DNA of 64,000 nt from Candidatus Eiseniibacteriota bacterium. GTDB taxonomy: Bacteria; Eisenbacteria; RBG-16-71-46; SZUA-252. The stretch covers positions 14,574 to 78,573 of the forward strand of contig DASVDZ010000031.1 of NCBI GenBank assembly GCA_036380835.1, read 5' to 3'. Below, piece after piece: positions 45,341 to 54,628 of the stretch (position 1 is the first letter of the stretch; each line of letters opens with the position of its first letter). Under the pieces are notes generated by a model. The model searched no databases. It saw only the letters and a list, made by a program, of their open reading frames with translations, and was not told the DNA's origin. A program made the position numbers and the translations under genes.

Positions 45341-45446
45341 TGAAACCACGTCGGTGTTTCGTACAACCAGCAGGTAACGATACGGAGTATCGGCCGGAAT
45401 CCTCGACTTGTAAAGCACTATTTTCGGCCCCCGCGCGCGCGCTAAG

Positions 45447-46514
45447 ATGGGCGGCGCCATGGACGAGACGCCGCTCCGCATCGGAATCCTCTACGACGAA
45501 TGGCACGAGACGGTGGACGCCGACGCCGGGGCGCCCGCCGCGCCGAGCGGAGGGCGCCGGCGGAAGCGCGAGAAGAGCGACCGCGAGGAGATCTTCGACG
45601 CGCTCCGGAAGTTCGGGCACGATCCCAAGTACCTCTGCCTCGACGGCCGGAGGCGCTCCCTCGTGGCCCTCGCGCGCGCCGACGTCGATCTGATCTTCAA
45701 CCTGACCGAGAGCTACGCCGGCGACGACACGAAGGACATCCACCTCGCGGCCTATCTCGATCTGCTCGGGTTCCCCTACACGGGATCGGGACCCGCCGGG
45801 CTCCATCTCGCGCAGGACAAGGCGGTGGCGAAGCGGCTCTTCGAATTCCACGGGATAAGGACGCCGCGCTTCGCGGCCGTCTACCGCGGCCGTCTCGACT
45901 CCTCGCACGACGTCCAGTTCCCCGTGATCGTGAAGCCGAAGCGGGAGGACGGCTCGATCGGGATCGAGTTCAACGCGGTCGCCGGGTCGATCAAGGAGCT
46001 GATGGAGCGGATCGACGCGCTCCACGCCGACCTCGACTCGCCCGTGCTGATCGAGGAGTACATCGAGGGCCGGGAGCTCTACGTCGGGGTCCTGGGCAAC
46101 GATCCGCCGCAGGCGCTTCCGATCGTCGAGCTCGACCTCGCCGATCTTCCCGAGGGCGCCCCGCGGATCGCGGGCACCGAGGTGAAGTGGGAGCGCGGCA
46201 CGGAGGCCTATCAGCGGACGAAGCTCCGCCTCCCCGACGACCTGTCGGAGGAGACCGCGGTGGCGATCCAGGAGACCGCCGTCCGCGCCTGCCGCGCCCT
46301 CGACGTGCGCGACTACGCGCGCGTGGATCTCCGCCTGGCGCCCGACGGGACGTGGTACACGCTCGAGGTGAACCCCAATCCCTGGCTCCACTCGACGGCG
46401 GAGTTCGCGATGGCGGCGAAGGCGGCCGGGCGAGACCACGCCTCGCTCATCCAGGAGATCGTCCGGACGGCGACGTCCCGCTCCCACCCGGGGCCCTACT
46501 CGCTCGTCCGTTGA
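45447..46514 (+). CDS. D-alanine--D-alanine ligase family ATP-grasp protein
   Basis: Motifs: FPVIVKPKREDGSIGIEF, LIEEYIEGRELYVGVLGN and ARVDLRLAPDGTWYTLEVNPNPW (Ddl C-terminal signature). An unusual basic insertion GGRRRKREKSDRE lies near the N-terminus. Confidence 0.72.
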   Translation: MGGAMDETPLRIGILYDEWHETVDADAGAPAAPSGGRRRKREKSDREEIFDALRKFGHDPKYLCLDGRRRSLVALARADVDLIFNLTESYAGDDTKDIHLAAYLDLLGFPYTGSGPAGLHLAQDKAVAKRLFEFHGIRTPRFAAVYRGRLDSSHDVQFPVIVKPKREDGSIGIEFNAVAGSIKELMERIDALHADLDSPVLIEEYIEGRELYVGVLGNDPPQALPIVELDLADLPEGAPRIAGTEVKWERGTEAYQRTKLRLPDDLSEETAVAIQETAVRACRALDVRDYARVDLRLAPDGTWYTLEVNPNPWLHSTAEFAMAAKAAGRDHASLIQEIVRTATSRSHPGPYSLVR

Positions 46515-48063
46515 GGAGCGCCCCGAGCACGTTTCGCGTGATCCGCCTCGCGTCCTCGCTCGCCCGCGCGGGACGCGCCGCCGGCGCCCCCCAGTCGTCG
46601 AGCCCCCACGCCCACTGGATGGTCCCCGCGGCGAAGACGACCGCGCCCGACGCGGCGGCGTAGACGGTCGCCTCGCTCGCCTCGCCGCCGCCGTCCCGGA
46701 ATCGGACCGGCGACCGCGCCAGAACGGAGAGGCCGGGCGGAGACCAGCGCGCGTACAGGGAATCGCCGGCGAATGACCGGTCGATCTCGTAGCCCACGAG
46801 CCCCCGGATCGCCTCGCTTCCTCCCTCCGCGATGCCGGTGCCGGCGTAGACCCACGAGCCGCGGGCCGCCGCGCGGGGGACGAAGTCGGCCTCCACGTCG
46901 CTCTCCGCGCGCGGGGTCATGACGCCGAGGAGCGCGACCTCGGGGCGGCGCGGGTGGAGATCGCGGAACCGGACCGTGAGGTCGCGGTCCGCGGCGGTGT
47001 TCCAGAGCGAGTCGCGCGTGTAGTCCTTGGAGCAGAAGATCACGCGGCGCGGGGAGCCGTCCGCGGACGCCTCGAGCCGCACCTGCCAGTAGCCCGTGTT
47101 GGCGCCGAAGCAGGCGATCCCCGTACCGTGGTCGCGCGCCGCCTCGAGGCGATCCCGCTCTCCCCGCGACCAGTACTCGTCGTGCCCCGCCAGGATCACG
47201 CCGCGCCGCCCCGCGGCGAGCGCGCTGTCGGCGTCGAGGTCGAGTCCCGTCGCGTAGGCGACGTCGTATCCCCTCCGCTCGAGCCAGCGGATCATCGGAT
47301 ACTCCCAGCCGCCCCGGTACGGCCCGTGCGTCACGGTGAGGAGCTCGCCCGCTCCGAGCCCCGCCCACGCGCCCGGCCCGCTCGCGTACGGGCGGTCGAA
47401 CGACACGCGGAGGGCGCGGCGCCCACCGTCGCTGTTGAAGTCGTAGAGGCTCGTGCCGCCCCACGCGTTGTACGCCTGCCACGTGGAGACCGCGAGCGGG
47501 AAGAGGAGCGGCGCGCGCCGGTCCGGCCTCTCACGGATGACGAACGGGACGTAGGCCTGCTTGCCGTCGTCCGAGGCGGTGAGCCGCGCGAGGTAGACGC
47601 CGGTCGGCCAGTCCACTCCCACGACGACGCGCGCCGACACGGGCCACGCGCACGTGACGAGGCCGTCCTCCGGCCGCGGCGCGGGCCGGGCCCGCGCGCC
47701 GCCGGGGACCCGCGCCTGCCTCGCGACGAGCCGGGCGCCGCGGCCCCCATACCAACCCAAACGGTAGACGTCGATATCCAACCACGAGGAGGCCGTGCTG
47801 ACGTGGAGCGCGACCGTTTCCCCGGGGGCCGCGCTCGAGGGCGAGGCGTATCCCTCGATTTCGTTGCGGGTGGCGGGGTTAACCAGGCCCCAATCGCCCG
47901 ACCCGGCGCGGGCGTTCTCGAGCGCGATCGGCGTCTCTGCGTTTCGTCCGCAGCCGGCCGGCAGCAGGACCAGCGACAGGAGGAGGCCGAGCCGCCTTGA
48001 CAGCCCTCCGTGAATTCGGGAACATGGCCCGAAGTCGGTTCGTAGTGCCCCTGTCCCCCGCAC
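46447..48063 (-). CDS. lipoprotein with N,N-dimethylformamidase-large-subunit-like / class-I-GATase-like domain (putative hydrolase; function unknown)
   Basis: The signal peptide with lipobox is LSRRLGLLLSLVLLPAGCG. Motifs: HDEYWSRGERDRLEAARDHGTGIACFGANTGYWQVRLE. The first roughly 20 codons from the GTG at 48063 have low GC3; the real start is probably near 48003 (unclear start codon). Its 3' end overlaps the convergent ATP-grasp gene by 68 bp. Confidence 0.5.
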   Translation of the reverse strand: MRGTGALRTDFGPCSRIHGGLSRRLGLLLSLVLLPAGCGRNAETPIALENARAGSGDWGLVNPATRNEIEGYASPSSAAPGETVALHVSTASSWLDIDVYRLGWYGGRGARLVARQARVPGGARARPAPRPEDGLVTCAWPVSARVVVGVDWPTGVYLARLTASDDGKQAYVPFVIRERPDRRAPLLFPLAVSTWQAYNAWGGTSLYDFNSDGGRRALRVSFDRPYASGPGAWAGLGAGELLTVTHGPYRGGWEYPMIRWLERRGYDVAYATGLDLDADSALAAGRRGVILAGHDEYWSRGERDRLEAARDHGTGIACFGANTGYWQVRLEASADGSPRRVIFCSKDYTRDSLWNTAADRDLTVRFRDLHPRRPEVALLGVMTPRAESDVEADFVPRAAARGSWVYAGTGIAEGGSEAIRGLVGYEIDRSFAGDSLYARWSPPGLSVLARSPVRFRDGGGEASEATVYAAASGAVVFAAGTIQWAWGLDDWGAPAARPARASEDARRITRNVLGALLNGRASRAPGGSGTSPSGRSPG

Positions 48064-48095
48064 GCCGTCCTCACACCTTCCTAAGGAGAGATGGA

Positions 48096-50954
48096 ATGAT
48101 CCCAGTGGTTGCTCGCCGCCGCTCGCGGAATCTCGATCCCGCGGCGCGGATCCGCCGCGCGGCCGGCCTTCTCGCGATCGTCGCCGCCTTGGTCACGGCG
48201 CCGGCCGCGCTGGCGGCCGTCAAGCCGCCGCAGGTCCGGCTCGACTTCGAAAAGTACACCCTTCCGAACGGCCTCGAGGTGATTCTTCGCGAGGACCATC
48301 GCCTCCCCAACGTGGCCGTGAACATCTGGTACCACGTCGGCCCCGCCAACGAGACCGAGGGACGCACGGGCTTCGCGCATCTCTTCGAGCACATGATGTT
48401 CCAGTCCTCGGGCCACGTGGGCGAGGACCAGATCTGGAAGTACCTCGAGGGGGCGGGGGCCTCCTTCATCAACGGCTCGACCGATTTCGACCGCACGAAC
48501 TACCTCGAGGACATGCCGGCGAGCGGCCTCGAGATGGCGCTCTGGCTCGAGAGCGACCGGATGGGCTTCCTCCTCGACCGCCTCACCGGCCCGTCGCTCG
48601 CGAACCAGCAGGACGTCGTCCGGAACGAGCGGCGCCAGAGCATCGAGAACGCGCCCTATCAGCTCGCCGAGGAGGAGATGTGGCACCAGCTCTTCCCGAA
48701 GGGGCACCCGTACTACGCGGACGTGATCGGCTCCCATGAGGACGTGCAGGCGGCCAAACTCGAGGACGTGAAGGAGTTTTTCCGCCGCTACTACTGCCCC
48801 AACAACGCGAGCCTCGTGATCATCGGCGACATCGACAAGGCGAAGACGAAGGCGATGGTCCAGAAGTACTTCGGGACGCTGCCGCGCGGAGCCGACGTGC
48901 CGCCCATCACCGCGACGACGCCGCCGATCACGTCCGAGAAGCGTCTCGCCCTGACCGACAACGTGCAGCTCCCCCATCTCAACATGGGCTGGATCACGTC
49001 GCCGATCTTCAAGCCCGGCGACGCCGACGCGGTGGTCGCCGCCAACATCCTCGGCCAGGGCAAGGCGAGCCGCCTCTACAAGGCGCTCGTCTACGACAAG
49101 CAGGTCGCGCAGAGCGTGAGCGTCGACCAGCAGTCGCTCCAGCTCGGCTCGGTCTTCACGATCAGCGTGACGCTCAAGCCCGACCAGAAGCCGGACGACG
49201 TGGCGAAGCTGGTCGACGCGGAGCTGGACCGCTTCGCGAGCGAGGGGCCGACGCAGGCCGAGGTGGACGCCTCGCAGAACGCGATCTACTCGCAGATGGT
49301 ATTCAGCCTCGAGCAGATCGGCGGCTTCGACGGCCTCGCCGACCGGTTCAACCGCTACAACCAGTTCCTCCACGATCCCGGGTACCTCAACAAGGACATG
49401 GCGCGCTACGCCGCCGTGACGCCGGCGTCGGTGAAGGCGTTCGCGCAGGCCCAGCTGAAGAAGGACGCGCGCGTCGTCATCTCGGTGATGCCGGGCGAGA
49501 AGATTCGGCCGCCCGATCCGCCGGCGCCGCCGAAGCCGGAGGAGACCGAGAAGCCGGTCGTCTCGGCCGAACCGTGGCGGAACACGCCGCCCTCCATCGG
49601 GGCGGCATCCCAGGCCAAGCTGCCCGCGCCGAAGCGCTTCGCGCTCCCGAACGGGCTCTCGGTCTACGTCGTCGAGTCGCACAACCTCCCGCTGGTCTCG
49701 TGCGACCTGGTTCTCCGCTCGGGCAGCGGGATCGATCCGAAGGACGCGCCCGGCCTCGCCGGGTTCACCTCGGCCATGCTGGACGAGGGGACGACCACGC
49801 GGGACGCGCTCGCGATCGCCAACCAGATCCACGCGCTCGGGGCCTCGCTCGGCACCGGCTCGAGCGTCGACGGGAGCAGCGCGGACGTCTCCTCGTTGAA
49901 GCAGAACGCGCCGGCCGCCATGTCGATCCTCGCGGACGTGGTGATCCATCCCGCGTTCCCCGAGAGCGAGATGGGGCGCGTCCGGAGCCAGCGGCTGACG
50001 CAGCTCCTCCAGCAGCGGGACCAGACGTTCGGCACGGCGGTCCGCGTGATGAACGCGTGCCTCTTCGGCCCGACGCACGCCTATGGGCACACGGTCCTCG
50101 GGACCGAGGCCGCCCTCAGCAAGATCTCGCGCGCGGACATCGAGACCTTCTACAAGAACTACTACTCCCCGAAGAACACGGCGCTCGTCATGGTCGGCGA
50201 CGTCACCGAGGCCGAGGCCAAGAAGCTCGCGACCGACGCGTTCGCCGGATGGCAGGGTGCCGAGACCTCCGTCCCCGTTCCTCCCGCCGGGGCGACGGCC
50301 GGCTCGCGATTGGTCCTGGTCGACAAGCCGGGCTCGGCCCAGTCGGCGGTGCTCGCCGGGCAGATGGGCGTCGCCCGCTCCGACCCCGACTACGAGAAGC
50401 TCGACGTGATGAACACGGTCATGGGCGGGCTCTTCTCGAGCCGCATCAACATGAACCTCCGCGAGGACAAGGGCTATTCGTACGGCGCCTTCTCCTTCAT
50501 CGGGCAGAACCGCGGGGTCGGTCCCCTCATGGCGGGCGCCGCCGTGCGGTCCGACGCGACCGGCCCGTCGATCGAAGAGATCCTCAAGGAAGTGAAGAAG
50601 ATGAAGGACGGGGGCGTGACCGACGACGAGCTCAAGCTCGCCAAGGATTCGATCACCCGCTCCATCCCGGCCAACTTCGAGACGACCGGGAGCACCGCGG
50701 GGACGCTGGCGCAGATCTACCTCTTCGATCTGCCGCTCGACTACTACCAGACGCTCCCCGGCCGCGTGAACGCGATCACGAAGGATGACGTGCTCCAGGC
50801 CGCGCAGAAGCACCTGACGCCCGACCAGATGGTGGTCGTGGTGGTGGGAGACAAGAAGGTCGTCGAGCCCCAGCTCTCCAAGCTCTCGCTCGGCGCCATC
50901 GCCTACCGCGACGCGGACGGCATCGAGACGCAGGCCGCGCCCGCGACGAACTGA
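48096..50954 (+). CDS. M16-family zinc metallopeptidase, tandem (active plus inactive halves, each with two domains), secreted
   Basis: An SD AAGGAGAG is present. The signal peptide is AAGLLAIVAALVTAPAALAA. The inverted zincin motif is FAHLFEHMMF (HxxEH). The second half repeats the fold (LPNGLSVYVVE...). Confidence 0.85.
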   Translation: MIPVVARRRSRNLDPAARIRRAAGLLAIVAALVTAPAALAAVKPPQVRLDFEKYTLPNGLEVILREDHRLPNVAVNIWYHVGPANETEGRTGFAHLFEHMMFQSSGHVGEDQIWKYLEGAGASFINGSTDFDRTNYLEDMPASGLEMALWLESDRMGFLLDRLTGPSLANQQDVVRNERRQSIENAPYQLAEEEMWHQLFPKGHPYYADVIGSHEDVQAAKLEDVKEFFRRYYCPNNASLVIIGDIDKAKTKAMVQKYFGTLPRGADVPPITATTPPITSEKRLALTDNVQLPHLNMGWITSPIFKPGDADAVVAANILGQGKASRLYKALVYDKQVAQSVSVDQQSLQLGSVFTISVTLKPDQKPDDVAKLVDAELDRFASEGPTQAEVDASQNAIYSQMVFSLEQIGGFDGLADRFNRYNQFLHDPGYLNKDMARYAAVTPASVKAFAQAQLKKDARVVISVMPGEKIRPPDPPAPPKPEETEKPVVSAEPWRNTPPSIGAASQAKLPAPKRFALPNGLSVYVVESHNLPLVSCDLVLRSGSGIDPKDAPGLAGFTSAMLDEGTTTRDALAIANQIHALGASLGTGSSVDGSSADVSSLKQNAPAAMSILADVVIHPAFPESEMGRVRSQRLTQLLQQRDQTFGTAVRVMNACLFGPTHAYGHTVLGTEAALSKISRADIETFYKNYYSPKNTALVMVGDVTEAEAKKLATDAFAGWQGAETSVPVPPAGATAGSRLVLVDKPGSAQSAVLAGQMGVARSDPDYEKLDVMNTVMGGLFSSRINMNLREDKGYSYGAFSFIGQNRGVGPLMAGAAVRSDATGPSIEEILKEVKKMKDGGVTDDELKLAKDSITRSIPANFETTGSTAGTLAQIYLFDLPLDYYQTLPGRVNAITKDDVLQAAQKHLTPDQMVVVVVGDKKVVEPQLSKLSLGAIAYRDADGIETQAAPATN

Positions 50955-50983
50955 TCGAAGCGGGTCGAAGCGCGAAAACAAGA

Positions 50984-51017
50984 ACGGGGCTGCCTCACCG
51001 GCAGCCCCGTTTCATTT
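50984..51017. terminator. bidirectional intrinsic terminator between M16 peptidase and ferritin genes
   Basis: The hairpin is GGGGCUGCC-ucacc-GGCAGCCCC. It is flanked by GAAAACAAGAAC upstream and GUUUCAUUUCC downstream. Confidence 0.65.
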
Positions 51018-51061
51018 CCACCCACGGACGGCGGCCCCTGGAGCGGGCCGCGCCGCGGAGG

Positions 51062-51586
51062 CTACGTCCCGCCTCCGCCCGCGACCGACGGCACGGAGAT
51101 GCCGCCCCGGCGCGCGAGGTACTCCTCGACGAAGAGAAGGCCCGACTCGCCCGCGCGGCGCACGATGCTGAGCAGCGTGTCCATGCTGGCGACCTCTTCG
51201 AGCTGTTCGCTCACGAACCACTGCAGGAAGTTCCGGGTGATGTGGTCGTTCTCCTTGATGGCGAGATCGACGAGGCCGTTGATCTGCTTCGTCACGGTCT
51301 CCTCCCAATCGAGCGAGAGCTTCACCGCCTCCTCCGCCGTCGCGAATCGCGGCTTCGGGGCGGGAATCGCCGGGACCGCCACGCGCGCCCCGGCGTCGAC
51401 CACGTAGTTCACGAGCTTGAGCGCGTGCTCGCGCTCCTCGTCGGCCTGTTTCATGAAGTGCTTCGACAGCTCCGGCAGGCTCTCGCTGCCGAAGTGGGCG
51501 CCGATCGAGACGTATTGCAGCATGGCGCCGAATTCATTGCCGATCTGCGTATTGATCGCGTCGGCCATCTTCTGGCTGATGATCAT
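51062..51586 (-). CDS. ferritin-like protein (non-heme ferritin, Ftn family)
   Basis: Motifs: MIISQKMADAINTQIGNEFGAMLQYVSIGAHF and EEREHALKLVNYV. A four-helix-bundle di-iron ligand pattern is present. Confidence 0.78.
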   Translation of the reverse strand: MIISQKMADAINTQIGNEFGAMLQYVSIGAHFGSESLPELSKHFMKQADEEREHALKLVNYVVDAGARVAVPAIPAPKPRFATAEEAVKLSLDWEETVTKQINGLVDLAIKENDHITRNFLQWFVSEQLEEVASMDTLLSIVRRAGESGLLFVEEYLARRGGISVPSVAGGGGT

Positions 51587-51605
51587 GGTCGCTCCCGGGA
51601 CTGGG

Positions 51606-53534
51606 TTATTTCCCCGCGGACGACGGCGAGCCGCCCCCGGCGGCCGGGCCGCCCGACTCCGCGAGGGCCATCGACTTCTTGGGATCGAGCAGACGGATCT
51701 CCCGATCGCCCACCTTCTTGGACTCGGCCCCGTCCACGATCAGCTTCTTCACCTGGAGCGTCGACAGCTTGGGATGGGCCGCCAAGAGCTGGCCGGCCAG
51801 GTTGGTCACCTGCGGGGCGGCCATGCTGGTTCCGCTCAGCTTCATCCGCTCCCCGCCGGGGATGTTGCTCTCGACCTCGTATCCGCTGGCGTAGACGTCC
51901 ACGTTCCCGAAGCTCGTGAACGACGTCTGGTCGCCCGCCTGGTCCACGGCGCCGACCACGATCACGTTCGGGAGCTTGAAGCTGCTCGGGAAGACCTCGT
52001 CGAACTTCACGTCGTTGTCCGAGTTCCCCGCCGCGATGCAGAAGAGCGTGTTCGGCGCCTTCTGGATCGCGCCCTCGAGCGCCTGATAGCCGATGTCATA
52101 GATCTTCCGCGCGAGCGCCTTCCGCTCCTCGGGCGTTCCCTCGAAGTGATTCTGCTCGAGCGCGTTGTCGATCGACTTGAGGTCGCCGCCCCAGCTCATG
52201 TTGACGGCGCGCGCGCCGTGGCGGTTCAGGTACTCCACCGTCTTGACCATCGCGACGGCGTCCTTCTTCGCCTGCTCGATCGTCGGCTTCTCGGGGATCA
52301 TGTGGTAGTCGAACGTGATGCGGGCGCCGAGCAGGCGCGCGGCGGGATTCCCGCGGGCCGCGATGCCCGAGACGTGCGTGCCGTGCGCGTACTGCGAGAA
52401 GTGGTTGACGCCCTCGATGAACGGCTTCACCTGATCTTGTGGCAGGGACGCGAGCTGCTTCTTGACCGCGTCCGCGTCGGGCGTGTCGAGGTTCGCCTGC
52501 AGATCCTCGAGGCCCTTCATGGCCGCCTTGTACTTGTCGGCGTCCGGCCCCAGCTCGTCGCGCGGGATCAGGAGCCCCGTCGTCGGGTCGGAGTGGAGCG
52601 TGTAGGCGATGCCGTTCACGTCGTCGACGAACCCATTCTTGTCGTCGTCCTTGCCGTTCCCCGGCTTCTCGCCCTTGTTCACCCAGAGGTTCGACGGGTA
52701 GAGGGAGACGTCGACGCCGGAATCCCAGATGCCGATCACGACCGGCGTCAGCTTCTGGGTCGCGTCGAGCGTCACGTCGCGCGCGGCCCAGATGTCCGGC
52801 TTCGGCTCCTGCTTGTGGGCGTCGAGCGCCGCCGCGTAGACCGCCGCGGCGTCCTGCTGGTACGGGAGGTAGTTCTGGATGGTGTAGGACGCGCCGACGA
52901 GCGACGCCGCGAAGTCCTGGCTGAGCTTGCCGCCCGAGGCGGCCATCGGATCGATCGCGCTCGCGATCTGGCCGACGATCAGGTTGCGGGAGAGGATCTC
53001 CGCGCGCCCCTTCGCCTGCTTGATCGACTCGCGGACGTCTTCGAACGGAAGCGCCGCGAGCGACTTGCTGAGATCGTCGCGGAACGCCTGATGCGCCTGG
53101 TCGGCGGGCGCGCTCATCGCGGCGATCGTCGCCCGGGTCAGGAGCCCCGTCATGAGCTTGTCGGCGGGCTTCTCCTCGAGGTCGCGGATCTGGTCCACCA
53201 GGGCGAGCGCCGTGGGAAAGTCCTTCCGAAGCATCGCGATGGTGAGCCGCTCGCCGGCGAAGCGCTTGAGCGTCGTCTTGTCCTGGATGTCGTACGTGTC
53301 GAGGTCCTTCTTCACGTCGGCCTCGACGCGCCCCGCCAGCTCGAGGATCGCGGCCGGGTTCTCGACCATCTCGCTCGGCTTCCCGGAGACGTCGTAGGTG
53401 TGGGTCGGAAGGTCGGCGAGCTTCTCGATCTTGATCTTCTCGGCGATCGCGCGGCCCGCGAACGGCAGGGCGGCGAGGCCAAGGACGAGCGCGACCCCGA
53501 AGAGGAGCCGGAGATACCGATGGTTCCGATGCAT
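51606..53534 (-). CDS. S8 subtilisin-like serine peptidase, secreted, with N-terminal propeptide-like domain
   Basis: The signal peptide is MHRNHRYLRLLFGVALVLGLAALPFAG. The catalytic triad motifs are VIGIWDSGVD (Asp), HGTHVSGIAA (His) and GTSMAAPQV (Ser). Confidence 0.85.
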   Translation of the reverse strand: MHRNHRYLRLLFGVALVLGLAALPFAGRAIAEKIKIEKLADLPTHTYDVSGKPSEMVENPAAILELAGRVEADVKKDLDTYDIQDKTTLKRFAGERLTIAMLRKDFPTALALVDQIRDLEEKPADKLMTGLLTRATIAAMSAPADQAHQAFRDDLSKSLAALPFEDVRESIKQAKGRAEILSRNLIVGQIASAIDPMAASGGKLSQDFAASLVGASYTIQNYLPYQQDAAAVYAAALDAHKQEPKPDIWAARDVTLDATQKLTPVVIGIWDSGVDVSLYPSNLWVNKGEKPGNGKDDDKNGFVDDVNGIAYTLHSDPTTGLLIPRDELGPDADKYKAAMKGLEDLQANLDTPDADAVKKQLASLPQDQVKPFIEGVNHFSQYAHGTHVSGIAARGNPAARLLGARITFDYHMIPEKPTIEQAKKDAVAMVKTVEYLNRHGARAVNMSWGGDLKSIDNALEQNHFEGTPEERKALARKIYDIGYQALEGAIQKAPNTLFCIAAGNSDNDVKFDEVFPSSFKLPNVIVVGAVDQAGDQTSFTSFGNVDVYASGYEVESNIPGGERMKLSGTSMAAPQVTNLAGQLLAAHPKLSTLQVKKLIVDGAESKKVGDREIRLLDPKKSMALAESGGPAAGGGSPSSAGK

Positions 53535-53664
53535 GGCGATCAACCTCACATGGGGAGAAATGGATTCACGTCCCGGAGGGACGACAGGTCCAGCGGCAGA
53601 GAATACCGCAAAACGCCCCCGCCGCGGCGACTCCCTGGGGCCTCCCGTGCTATCCTGGCCTCCC

Positions 53665-54195
53665 ATGAGCGAGTACCCGTGGCAGTCCCCGTTCGGGCCG
53701 CATGGTCCCCAGGTCCAGAACCCTTCGACCACGCCGAACCCGACGATTCCAACCCCGCCGCAGGACTTCGGATCCCCCAGCCCGTGGGCCCCGCCCGACC
53801 CATCCTCGCCCGGTGTGGGCGGAGGGGGCGGAGCCGGCGGGACCGGAGGCGGTGAGGCCGGAGGCGGAGCCGGCGGGACCGGAGGCGCGGCGAGCGCCAT
53901 CTCCGACGCGCCGATCGGGAAGCGGATCCGCAATCTGGCCATCGTGGGCGTCGTCCTCGGAGCCTTCGTGGGACTCATGCGCGGGCTCCTGACGCACATG
54001 CCGCCGTCGGCCACGGGACTCCTGGCGCTCCGGTTCGGCATCGCGGCCGCCCTGGCCGGCGCCGGCATCCCGCCCGCGATCCGCGCCATCGTCCTCGCCG
54101 CCCGAGCCGCCATCTGGATCGCGCTCGCGCTCGTCCTCTGGGTCGTCGCGATCATCCTGATGGGCCAGAGCGGCTGGCTGACGCGGCTGCGGTAG
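53665..54195 (+). CDS. small membrane protein with Pro-rich and Gly-rich N-terminal region (unknown function)
   Basis: A Pro-rich then Gly-rich tract is encoded by a 25-bp imperfect tandem repeat. Two or three TM helices follow (LAIVGVVLGAFVGL..., IAAALAGAGIPPAI..., IALALVLWVVAIILM). GC3 is high. No homolog was recognised. Confidence 0.45.
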   Translation: MSEYPWQSPFGPHGPQVQNPSTTPNPTIPTPPQDFGSPSPWAPPDPSSPGVGGGGGAGGTGGGEAGGGAGGTGGAASAISDAPIGKRIRNLAIVGVVLGAFVGLMRGLLTHMPPSATGLLALRFGIAAALAGAGIPPAIRAIVLAARAAIWIALALVLWVVAIILMGQSGWLTRLR

Positions 54196-54230
54196 TCGCG
54201 GCGGGGCTCTGAGACGGCAGGGCAGTAGTG

Positions 54231-54308
54231 TGGTGTCCCCAAGGGGATTCGAACCCCTGTTGCCGCCGTGAAAGGGCGGTGTCCTAGGCCGGGCTAGACG
54301 ATGGGGAC
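54231..54308 (-). tRNA. tRNA-Glu (anticodon UUC), CCA encoded
   Basis: The minus-strand sequence is GTCCCCATCGTCTAGCCCGGCCTAGGACACCGCCCTTTCACGGCGGCAACAGGGGTTCGAATCCCCTTGGGGACACCA. It has a 7-bp acceptor stem and an anticodon loop CUUUCAC. It is nearly identical in layout to E. coli tRNA-Glu. Confidence 0.9.
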
Positions 54309-54628
54309 GCACCTGATTCCGCGATGTTCGAGGCGGGCGGAGTCGATTCGAGCCGCGCCAATATACCGCACGCACGCCCTCCCCGCAAACGACTCCGGAG
54401 CCGCCGACGCCCTGGCCGGATCGAGCCACGAATTGGGTAGATTGGCACCCACCCGGCTCCCGCCCAACATGAGACATACTCCATAAACAGCTGTATATAT
54501 GCGACTTAACCTTTCGCATCTTCCGGCACGGCCCATGCCATTCACTCCTGTGGAACGGGTAGGCATGGACGCCATGCGTGGGCACGGAGTGCTCCAACGG
54601 AGTGGACCAGACGAGAAGGGGCGAGGAG

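Noticed and set aside
54196-54628. Search for an integrase, att repeat or mobile element at tRNA-Glu
   Set aside because: No integrase, transposase or recombinase-like ORF and no GC-content shift was found in the flanks. The lower-GC stretch at 54470-54520 looks like a promoter region, not an element end.
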